Positions 16,741 through 24,961 of a DNA stretch of 32,000 nucleotides are shown piece after piece. Both the position numbers and the translations under genes were made by a program. The DNA is taken from NCBI RefSeq assembly GCF_000341895.1, contig NC_020409.1, positions 3,212,411-3,244,410 of the forward strand. Reading direction: 5' to 3'. This DNA comes from Pseudodesulfovibrio piezophilus C1TLV30 (GTDB taxonomy: Bacteria; Desulfobacterota; Desulfovibrionia; Desulfovibrionales; Desulfovibrionaceae). Numbering within the stretch: the first letter of the stretch is position 1; each line of letters opens with the position of its first letter. Below the pieces are notes generated by a model. It ran no database searches and was not told where the DNA came from. It worked only from the letters and a program-made list of their open reading frames with translations.

Positions 16741-18492
16741 TCAGGCGTTTTCTTTTGGAGGGCGGATACCGTGTTTCTTCAACTTGCGAACTACGGTGGG
16801 TTGACTGACGCCGAGGTAGGAGGCCATTTCCCGAGTACCGGAACAAAAGGTTCTCACTTTGGCGAGCATTTTACGTTCGACTGAGTCTATGGCCTGGGGC
16901 AAGGTGATATTTTCCGTTTCCTTGGGAATGGAAGAGTCTGTCTTGAGCAGATCGAAGAGAAATTCATCCAGGATCGGTTCATCACTCATCACCACGCCTT
17001 TACGAATAAGTCCCTTCAATTCACGTACATTACCGGGAAAAGGGTAGCGCTGTAGCTGATCAAAGAGTTTTGGGGTGATGCGTTTATCCGTGCTGTATTT
17101 CGTATTGCATTGCCGGAGAATCATAGCGACCAGTTCAAAGAGGTCTTCGGGGCGTTCTCGCAGGGGAGGGATGGAGACAGTGAAGGTGTTGAGCCGATAG
17201 AGGAGGTCTTTGCGGAAGCGTTTGGACAGGACCATGGCGTCGAGGTCCCTGTTGGTCGCGGCAATGATGTTGCATTTGAGTTGCTTGGGTTTACTCGCTC
17301 CCAGTGGAAAATATTCGCGTTCATCAAGACATTTGAGCAGTTTTGCCTGGCTTGCCAAGGGGGTTTCCCCCACTTCATCGAGAAACAGAGTGCCATCTTC
17401 CGCGAGTTCGATGAGACCGACTCGTCCTGTCTCCACCGCACCGGTGAAAGCGCCTTTTTGATACCCGAACAGTTCGGCTTCGAAAAGCGAATCTGGCAGG
17501 GCGGCACAGTTGACGGAGATGAATGGTTTCTGTTTGTTGGGACCACTTTTATGAATGAATTTCGCCAGTAACCCTTTCCCTGTGCCGGATTCGCCAAGCA
17601 ATAACAGAGTTGTCGCTTCCAGTTTGGAGAGTCGTAAACAGGTGCTCAAAACCTGACGCATGGACTTTGATTCGGCAACCACGCCGCCATGGCGGAATTC
17701 AAGCATGGTCAGGTCGTCCAATTCTTCCCGCACCTTGGCCTGGAGTCGCCGGGCTTGTTCCAGATTTTCACGCAACATGTTCAGATCCGTGATGTCACGC
17801 TCGTTGACCACGACCAGAAAGAGGTTGCCATGATCATCAAATGCAGGGGTTCCGGTGACCAGAAGTTGTTTTCCAGTGCTTTTGATATGTTGAATGATCG
17901 TATGCTGCTGGCCTGTTTCCATGACATGCAGGGTTACAGCATCATCTATGATACCGTCATCAAGCATGACCTTGACGTTCTTTCCGATGAGCGTGGAGCC
18001 ATCGATGGCATTGAGCCGTTTGGATGCCTTGTTGATATCGAGAATGGTTCCGTTGCCATCCGTGACCCATATCCCATCGCTGGAGGACTGAAAGATTGTC
18101 TGAAGCTGGCGAGCCATGTTCTGATAGGTGACCAGGTTGCATGCCAGTTCTTCATATCGCTCCGGGCGTTGCAGGCTGATGACGGCCCCTGCGAGTCTCT
18201 CCTCGATCATCAGCGGTGTGATTTCGTAGAAAAGTTCCTTGCCCTTTGCCACGATACGCCCTTCTCCATGCTTGAACTCGTTTCCGATCAATGCTTCACG
18301 GACTTTGGGTGTTGCGAGGGGCAGGAGTGTCTCGCTGTCATGCCCGATATATTCGGCTTCTGCACGTCCCCGTGCCTGAAGGAATTGAGTCGCTGGTTTA
18401 TTGAGGTAGATGACGCGACAGTCCAGATCGACAGCCACCACAGCATAGCTGACGGCATCCAGTATGGCGAAGAGATTTACGTTTATGGTCAT
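16741..18492 (-). CDS. sigma-54-dependent transcriptional activator, PAS-PAS-AAA+-HTH(Fis)
   Basis: Walker A GESGTGKG, the GAFTGA motif (KGAFTGAV), Walker B LFLDEVGE and a C-terminal HTH (MASYLGVSQPTVVRKLKKHGI). Two N-terminal PAS-like segments and no receiver domain. Confidence 0.92.
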   Translation of the reverse strand: MTINVNLFAILDAVSYAVVAVDLDCRVIYLNKPATQFLQARGRAEAEYIGHDSETLLPLATPKVREALIGNEFKHGEGRIVAKGKELFYEITPLMIEERLAGAVISLQRPERYEELACNLVTYQNMARQLQTIFQSSSDGIWVTDGNGTILDINKASKRLNAIDGSTLIGKNVKVMLDDGIIDDAVTLHVMETGQQHTIIQHIKSTGKQLLVTGTPAFDDHGNLFLVVVNERDITDLNMLRENLEQARRLQAKVREELDDLTMLEFRHGGVVAESKSMRQVLSTCLRLSKLEATTLLLLGESGTGKGLLAKFIHKSGPNKQKPFISVNCAALPDSLFEAELFGYQKGAFTGAVETGRVGLIELAEDGTLFLDEVGETPLASQAKLLKCLDEREYFPLGASKPKQLKCNIIAATNRDLDAMVLSKRFRKDLLYRLNTFTVSIPPLRERPEDLFELVAMILRQCNTKYSTDKRITPKLFDQLQRYPFPGNVRELKGLIRKGVVMSDEPILDEFLFDLLKTDSSIPKETENITLPQAIDSVERKMLAKVRTFCSGTREMASYLGVSQPTVVRKLKKHGIRPPKENA

Positions 18493-18580
18493 GCGGCTTC
18501 ATAGCAAAGACGCGACCTAAAGGGAATGGTGGAAGGAGGGAGGATGCTGTCTGCGGGTTTTCAGTGCTGCATCATGAGCA

Positions 18581-19315
18581 TCAATACTTTTTCAGCATGT
18601 CTTTGGAGAGCAGATGTCTGTCTTCGTTTGCAGTTCCGGGGTGGGTCAGAAGCACGGGCTGGCTGTTCCGACGTATCAGTTTGATTCTGTCCTGCAGAAT
18701 GACCGGGACCGAATCGGCAAGCGGGTTCCCATTTTCATCCAGAATCATTCGAGCTGTGCAGAGGCGTGTGATTTCTCCACTCTGCATCACGGTTCCAGCC
18801 GGTCCCAGGTGGTGCCAGCCCCTGTAGCGGCCATCGTTGCCCATCATGCGAAGACCGACTCCGGCTAAAGCGCCAACAACGCCATCGCCGGTTCCGCCGT
18901 GTTCCGTCAGGTGAACCGAGAGTTGTTTCGCCAGCGCATAGGCTAATTTCTTGTTGAGGACCGTTGTCTTGGCCGCGAGGCCAAAGTGAACAAGGTGTTG
19001 CCACGCGTCTTCCGAAAGTGTGTCGGAAATCATGCACAGACCAGGGTCTGAACCATGAGCTGCCCGTGTCTCGAGGTATCTTTGCATATACCGGACAAGC
19101 TCGTCAGCAGAGGGACAGGCTGTGATTTCCACACACATTGAACTGTTGTGTGATGTGTACGGGACATCTTCATGGACAAAGAGTTGGTGGCGGCTGATAC
19201 GGGAAAACTGACCAAGGCCACGCTCTTCCATTTCAGTACAGGCCTGTTCCATGAGCCATCCTGTGCCCTTGGTTTCCATGGTGTCTGTATCATCTATGCA
19301 CAGATAGTACCGCAT
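18581..19315 (-). CDS. conserved hypothetical protein resembling the N-terminal kinase (TCKD) domain of archaeal TiaS
   Basis: 244 aa. The N-terminal MRYYLCIDDTDT, the central DPGLC and GDGVVGALAGVG resemble the IDDTDS, NPGA and G.GLIGALAAVG blocks I recall from TiaS. No OB-fold or zinc ribbon. SD GGGAG. Confidence 0.4.
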   Translation of the reverse strand: MRYYLCIDDTDTMETKGTGWLMEQACTEMEERGLGQFSRISRHQLFVHEDVPYTSHNSSMCVEITACPSADELVRYMQRYLETRAAHGSDPGLCMISDTLSEDAWQHLVHFGLAAKTTVLNKKLAYALAKQLSVHLTEHGGTGDGVVGALAGVGLRMMGNDGRYRGWHHLGPAGTVMQSGEITRLCTARMILDENGNPLADSVPVILQDRIKLIRRNSQPVLLTHPGTANEDRHLLSKDMLKKY

Positions 19316-19500
19316 TGCGTGCTCCCTTTTTTGCCACGAGAGATTGTCTCATGGCTTCAGCCGTATGCTCGGCAGGCATTATTATGCTGGGAAAAGCATG
19401 TCAAAAGGCGCGGCTCCTGAATGATTTGACACCAATGCGTATCTCGGGGGCTGAACCCGGTGGAGAGAGCTGCCTTGTTGGCTTTTGTCATTGTGTCGAT

Positions 19501-20190
19501 TTATTTTGTGAGCGAGGCCATATCAGCCTGGGTCAGGCCCAGAAGATGAGCCGGAAATTCCTCGAGGGAGCTGATGAGATAGTCTGCTTTGGCAAAATCC
19601 TCACTGGTGAAGGAAGAGGATGCATCGGGCCATGCAATGACAGTCAGTCCTGCGGCAGCCGCTGACGCGACACCAACCCTGGAATCTTCCACGACCAGTC
19701 CGCGGGAATGGGGAATCCCCATTTTTTTGCATGCCAATCTGTACGGGTCCGGGGCTGGTTTTCCATTGTCAAAATCATCACCTGTCAGGGCGAAATCGAT
19801 AAAAGAACCTATCCCTAAGACGTTGATGTTATTGTGTACGACCTGGCGGTCCCCGTTGGAGACACAAGCCTGTGGGATGTTCATATCGGAAGCCTTGCGC
19901 ATGAGACGAAGTGGCGACTCGCGGATGCGGCAATTCTTGAGGTTCTCCATATAATATTGGGCGCATTCATGCCGGAAGAGTGTTTCCGATCCAGGAAGAT
20001 TTTTCTGGGTGTGGAGATAGTCCCATTTTTCAATCATGGTCTTGCCGATCATGGCGGCGTTGTCAGCGTCGGTCAGTTCCATTTCTCGCTTGGTACAATA
20101 GTCGGCCACGGACTGAAAATGCAGTTCTTCAGTAAGAATGAGCGTTCCGTCAATATCCCAGAAAATGGCGTCCACGAGCTTCTGTGTCAT
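19501..20190 (-). CDS. HAD-IA family hydrolase/phosphatase
   Basis: Motif I WDIDGTL, motif II VSNG, motif III GKPAPDPY, motif IV VEDSRVGVASAAAAG. The start is either ATG 20190 or TTG 20199. Confidence 0.88.
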   Translation of the reverse strand: MTQKLVDAIFWDIDGTLILTEELHFQSVADYCTKREMELTDADNAAMIGKTMIEKWDYLHTQKNLPGSETLFRHECAQYYMENLKNCRIRESPLRLMRKASDMNIPQACVSNGDRQVVHNNINVLGIGSFIDFALTGDDFDNGKPAPDPYRLACKKMGIPHSRGLVVEDSRVGVASAAAAGLTVIAWPDASSSFTSEDFAKADYLISSLEEFPAHLLGLTQADMASLTK

Positions 20191-20493
20191 TCTGTTCAAA
20201 CCGCCTTGGCTGAAGTTTTTTCCTAGTCAGGACCGGAGGGAACCTTCTCCCCGGAACCAGGTCTTGATGTCAGTTTTTCGGGAGGATTCCAACCGATACT
20301 TTGAGTAAGAATTGCATAGTAGGCTGTATGGTCTCCTTGTTCGGTTCATCATTCATGTATCCCGAGCAGATCGACTGTAATGATAAATGTGTTTTCTGTA
20401 TACGTATGAGAGGGGAGCTTCGTGGTCGGGCTTTCTGCGCGGTCGAGGTGTGAGTCAGCAGTGGGCTGCCTCTTTTGTTTTTGTGCTCGAAAA

Positions 20494-20532
20494 AAAAGAG
20501 GCCATCCCGAAATGATCGGGATGGCCTCTTTT
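20494..20532 (-). terminator. strong intrinsic terminator closing the cus-like operon
   Basis: 17-bp stem (AAAAGAGGCCATCCCGA / TCGGGATGGCCTCTTTT) with a 5-nt loop. The A8 run on the + strand gives a U8 tail on the minus-strand transcript. It lies 16 nt after the stop at 20548. Confidence 0.9.
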
Positions 20533-20547
20533 ATTGACGGAAGAGAA

Positions 20548-20988
20548 TTACATCATGCTTTTCATGGTTGAAAGCGTCTTCTCCATCTTGTTCAGGCTGT
20601 CCATCATCATGGGGATACCCTTGTCAGCATCTTTTTTGGCCATGCCCATGCCTTTCATGGTCATCATCATTTCCTTGTTCATTTGCTTCATGGATGCTTC
20701 CATGTGCGCATTCTTGGTCATTTTGGCATGTCCCTCTGCTGCGGCCATGCCGTGATGCAGGTCAGTCATGTGAGAGTTCATGCTGGTCATGGCAGCCTTG
20801 CGTTGGGCAGGGTCCTTCATGGTTTCGACGTCCTTTTTCATCAGGGCGAGGTTGTCTTCCATGACTTTCATGCTGTCTGCCATCTTCATGTCACCAGCAT
20901 CCATTGTGCTGTGGTCCATGGCAAAGGCGAAGCCGCTGACAAGCAGGGTCATGGCGAGGACGATGGCGAGGGAAGTAACTTTTTTCAT
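20548..20988 (-). CDS. secreted methionine/histidine-rich protein (146 aa precursor), putative periplasmic Cu(I)/Ag(I) binder
   Basis: SD AGGAGA precedes ATG 20988. Signal peptide MKKVTSLAIVLAMTLLVSGFAFA. The mature 123 aa contain 29 Met, 6 His and 0 Cys by my count. It is the last gene of the cusCBA-like operon. Confidence 0.75.
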   Translation of the reverse strand: MKKVTSLAIVLAMTLLVSGFAFAMDHSTMDAGDMKMADSMKVMEDNLALMKKDVETMKDPAQRKAAMTSMNSHMTDLHHGMAAAEGHAKMTKNAHMEASMKQMNKEMMMTMKGMGMAKKDADKGIPMMMDSLNKMEKTLSTMKSMM

Positions 20989-21022
20989 TGATAATCTCCT
21001 TAACAGTTTTAATTGGTAACGG

Positions 21023-24000
21023 TTACGATTGCTCATCCGAACTTTCGGCGAGCCGTCTCTTTTTCACTGTGTATTTGATTTCCTCCACCTGGCAGTAGAG
21101 GACTGGAACGACGAAGACCGTCAGGATGGCTATGGTCATGCCTCCGAATGACGGAATCGCCATGGGGACCATGATGTCCGCACCGCGTCCGGTCGAAGTC
21201 AGTACCGGGATCAGGGCGAGGATAGTCGTGGCCGATGTCATGAGAGCCGGGCGAATGCGGCGTTGTGCCCCTTCCAGAATGGCTATGCGGATGGACTCCA
21301 CACTGCTCATATCTCTGGTTCCACGGCTTTCATCGAGATAAGTCGCCATGATCACACCGTCATCCGAAGCAATGCCGAAGAGGGCGAGGAAGCCGACCCA
21401 TATAGCCACGCTCAGGTTGATGGGATGTACTTGAAAAAGGTCTCGCATGTACGTCCCGAAAACACTGAAGTTGAGGAACCAGTCCTGCCCATAGAGCCAG
21501 ATCATGGTGAATCCTCCGGACCAGGCCACGAGGATGCCCGAGAAGACCATGAGCGTGGTAGCCATGGATTTGAACTGGAGGTACAGGATGACCACGATAA
21601 CCATCAAGGCCAGAGGCAGAATGACCGCCAGCTTCTTTTGCGCCCTGATCTGGTTTTCGTAGTTGCCTGCGAATTCATATGACACGCCGCTGGGCACTGT
21701 CAGATCTCCCGATGCTATACGGCTTTCAATGAATGCGCGGGCCTGTTCCACCACATCCACTTCGGCAAATCCGGCCTTCTTGTCAAAGAGCACATACCCG
21801 ATGAGGAATGTGTCTTCGCTCTTGATGACCTGCGGGCCGCGCACGTAGCGCATCTCGGCCAATTGTTTGAGCGGAATCTGTTCTCCGGACGGGGCCGCGA
21901 CCAGAATGTTCTCCAACTCCTCCATGCTGTCGCGTAGCTCGCGCATGTACCGCACGCGGATAGGATATCGTTCGCGTCCTTCTATGGCAGTGGAGAGCAT
22001 CTTGCCACCCACAGCCACTTCAATGACATCCTGTACCTTTTTCAGCTTGATGCCGTAACGGGCGATTGCCTCGCGGTTGATGACGATCTCCAGATACGGC
22101 TTGCCGACAATTCGATCGGCTATGACTGCGGCGGGTTGGATGGACGGGACTTCCTTGAGCATCTGTTCCAACTGCAGACCAAATTGTTCGATGGTCGCCA
22201 GATTCGGGCCTTTAACTTTGATGCCCATGGGGGCGCGCATGCCGGATTGCAGCATGACGATACGGGCAGCTATGGGTTGAAGCTTGGGGGCTGATGTTGT
22301 ACCGGGCATTTCTGCTGCGGCTGCGATTTCGTCCCAGATGTCGTTCGGTGAGCGGACACCGTCCCATGCCTTTCGTCCCGGATTGAGGGCCGGGTCAAGG
22401 GGAGCGCGCCATTGTCGGAATGGCTTGCCGTCCTCGTCCGGGATAAGATTACCGTTCTCATCTCGCTGGTAAAAGCCCTGCACAAGGTATGGCAGGCCAT
22501 CTCCCGCAGGCAATGGTTTGCCCTTGGCTGAACGGAAGTAATCTTTCTGGTTCTCGTCGAAGCGATACCGCAGACGTTCACCATTTTGGGCAACCAGATA
22601 TTCCGGTTTGTAGTTGATGACTGTTTCGATCATGGAGACCGGAGCCGGGTCCAACGGGGTTTCCGCACGACCCAGTTTGCCCACGGCACTGTCTACCTCG
22701 GGGATGTCCAACATAGCCATGTCCTGTTTGGACAAGACATCGTGGACTTCACCAATGGAAGCGTGGGGCATGGTTGTGGGCATATAGAGGAAAGAGCCTT
22801 CGTCAAGGGGGGGCATGAATTCCTTGCCGAGTCCGGGGAAAGCCTTTCGAATGACACTGACCGGCCTTGATGCGCGAATGGAATCCGGCATCCAGGAAGT
22901 CAGAGCACCACCGCCGAACCAGATGAGTGTCCCGAACAAGACAACCATGCAGGGCAGTACCATGAATGCGGCCTTATGGTGGAGTGCCCAACGTAGCATG
23001 GTCGGGTAGCCGCGTTGGAAGAACTGGAAGAAGAGCATCAAGCCGCCGATGAGTATGGAGACGAAGATGATATTCAGCAAAGCGCCTTTTTCAGGCCCAA
23101 GTGGCAACCAATGGTCCGACAGGAAAATGATGACCAAAGCTATGACGCTGTAGTTTTCCAGATTGCCGCAGAATTTTTCTAGCCTGGCGGGCAGGAAGTG
23201 TCCGAGCATCCTGTGTAAACCCAGCACCACGAGGAAGAGCCCGACCCACCATTTGACGAGCAGGGAAACCAGAATGCCTGCCGCGATGTAGAGAATGTTG
23301 ACAAGATGCTTCTTCCACGCCTTTCCCACGCCCGTTTTTTTGTGCCTGTATACCAGGTGAGCGATGGCCGGGAGCACGGTCAGAGCCACGATGATCGAGG
23401 CGATGAGCGCAAAGCTTTTGGTATAGGCCAAGGGCTTGAAGAGCTTGCCTTCCGGGCCTTCCATGGCAAAGACGGGAAGGAAGCTGACAATGGTCGTGGC
23501 CACTGCGGTCATGATGGCACTTCCGACTTCGGAAGCGCCTTCGAAAATGACCTTCATTCGGCTCTCCTCCAGGGAGGCCTGCTCGAATTTATTGAGTATG
23601 TTCTCGCATATTATGATGCCCATATCGACCATGGTTCCAATGGCGATGGCGATACCTGACAGGGCAACGATATTGGCATCCACCTTGAATGTCTTCATGC
23701 TGATGAAGACCATCATCACGGCCAATGGCAGGAGTGAGGAAATGAGCAGGGAGCTGCGCAAATGCATGACAGCGATGAGGACCACGATGATCGTGATCAG
23801 GATTTCCTCGGTCAGGGCCGTGTCCAGGGTTCCGAGCGTTTCATTGATCAGGCCGGATCGGTCATAGAAGGGGACTATGGTCACCTTGCTGACTGTTCCG
23901 TCCTTTAAGGTTTTGGATGGGAGTCCCGGAGAAATCTCAGCAATCTTTTCCTTGACGTTCTTGATGACCTGAAGCGGATTTTCTCCATAGCGGACTACAA

Positions 24001-24952
24001 CCACGCCACCCACGGCTTCAGTGCCGCCTTTATCAAGCACGCCGCGGCGCAGGGCCGGACCGAGAGTCACGCGGGCAACGTCTTTGACCCTGATCGGGAT
24101 GTTGTTGGTGACTTTGATGACGGCTTGTTCGATGTCGCCGAGATTTTTGACGAAGCCGATTCCTCGGATCAAGTATTCGACACTATTGATTTCAATGGTT
24201 CGCGCCCCGACATCCAGATTGGACTGTTTGACGGCGGAAAAGACATCCTGAAGGGTTACTCCGGCTGCGCGCATGGAGTCTGGATCAACATCAACCTGAT
24301 ATTCTTTGACAAATCCACCGACGGATGCGGTCTCACTGACGCCCTCGGCTCCCAGAAGCGCATATCGGACATACCAGTCCTGGACACTTCTGAGTTCATC
24401 CAGGTCCCAGCCGCCTGTCGGATGACCGTCAGGGTCTCGGCCCTCAAGAGTGTACCAGAAAACCTGACCCAGGGCCGTGGCATCGGGACCAAGTGTGGGT
24501 TGTACCCCTTGAGGCAGGGTTCCCGGTGGCAGGCTGTTCAGTTTCTCCAACAGGCGAGAGCGTGACCAGTAGAATTCTACATCTTCCTTGAAAATGACGT
24601 AGATAGTGGAAAATCCGAACATGGAGTAGCTGCGGACAGTCTTGACGCCTGGAATGCCGAGCAGGGCGACTGTCAGCGGGTAGGTGACCTGATCCTCCAT
24701 ATCCTGAGGAGACCGTCCCATCCATTGGGTGAAAACGATCTGCTGATTTTCACCGATATCCGGTATGGCGTCCACAGGAACCGGGTCGCGCGGCAGGCTG
24801 CCTATATGCCAGTCAAAGGGGGCGACAACCAGTCCCCAGCCCATGACAACGGCCACGAGCAGGAACACGATCAGTTTTTGTTTTAGGCAGAAAAGGATGA
24901 CCTTATCGGTCAAGGTCTTGGCTTCGATATGTGTTTCTTTTTCGTTTTCCAT
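21023..24952 (-). CDS. cusA: CusA/CzcA-family heavy-metal RND efflux pump, unusually long (1309 aa)
   Basis: Blocks align by eye to E. coli CusA: EFMPPLDEGSFLYMPTT, DPAPVSMIETVI and ARIVMLQSGMRAPMGIKV retain the three-Met Cu(I) site. The HME-type C-terminal TM bundle is present. Two large insertions are described in the findings. Confidence 0.9.
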   Translation of the reverse strand: MENEKETHIEAKTLTDKVILFCLKQKLIVFLLVAVVMGWGLVVAPFDWHIGSLPRDPVPVDAIPDIGENQQIVFTQWMGRSPQDMEDQVTYPLTVALLGIPGVKTVRSYSMFGFSTIYVIFKEDVEFYWSRSRLLEKLNSLPPGTLPQGVQPTLGPDATALGQVFWYTLEGRDPDGHPTGGWDLDELRSVQDWYVRYALLGAEGVSETASVGGFVKEYQVDVDPDSMRAAGVTLQDVFSAVKQSNLDVGARTIEINSVEYLIRGIGFVKNLGDIEQAVIKVTNNIPIRVKDVARVTLGPALRRGVLDKGGTEAVGGVVVVRYGENPLQVIKNVKEKIAEISPGLPSKTLKDGTVSKVTIVPFYDRSGLINETLGTLDTALTEEILITIIVVLIAVMHLRSSLLISSLLPLAVMMVFISMKTFKVDANIVALSGIAIAIGTMVDMGIIICENILNKFEQASLEESRMKVIFEGASEVGSAIMTAVATTIVSFLPVFAMEGPEGKLFKPLAYTKSFALIASIIVALTVLPAIAHLVYRHKKTGVGKAWKKHLVNILYIAAGILVSLLVKWWVGLFLVVLGLHRMLGHFLPARLEKFCGNLENYSVIALVIIFLSDHWLPLGPEKGALLNIIFVSILIGGLMLFFQFFQRGYPTMLRWALHHKAAFMVLPCMVVLFGTLIWFGGGALTSWMPDSIRASRPVSVIRKAFPGLGKEFMPPLDEGSFLYMPTTMPHASIGEVHDVLSKQDMAMLDIPEVDSAVGKLGRAETPLDPAPVSMIETVINYKPEYLVAQNGERLRYRFDENQKDYFRSAKGKPLPAGDGLPYLVQGFYQRDENGNLIPDEDGKPFRQWRAPLDPALNPGRKAWDGVRSPNDIWDEIAAAAEMPGTTSAPKLQPIAARIVMLQSGMRAPMGIKVKGPNLATIEQFGLQLEQMLKEVPSIQPAAVIADRIVGKPYLEIVINREAIARYGIKLKKVQDVIEVAVGGKMLSTAIEGRERYPIRVRYMRELRDSMEELENILVAAPSGEQIPLKQLAEMRYVRGPQVIKSEDTFLIGYVLFDKKAGFAEVDVVEQARAFIESRIASGDLTVPSGVSYEFAGNYENQIRAQKKLAVILPLALMVIVVILYLQFKSMATTLMVFSGILVAWSGGFTMIWLYGQDWFLNFSVFGTYMRDLFQVHPINLSVAIWVGFLALFGIASDDGVIMATYLDESRGTRDMSSVESIRIAILEGAQRRIRPALMTSATTILALIPVLTSTGRGADIMVPMAIPSFGGMTIAILTVFVVPVLYCQVEEIKYTVKKRRLAESSDEQS

Positions 24953-24961
24953 GCCGTCCGC

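Noticed and set aside
20504-20520. Shared string ATCCCGA...AATGATCGGG between the operon terminator loop (20504-20520) and the small hairpin at 28739-28759.
   Set aside because: The match is 17 nt with a 4-nt indel. My rough estimate puts chance occurrence in 32 kb at a few tenths. The flanks are unrelated, which is insufficient to call a repeat family.
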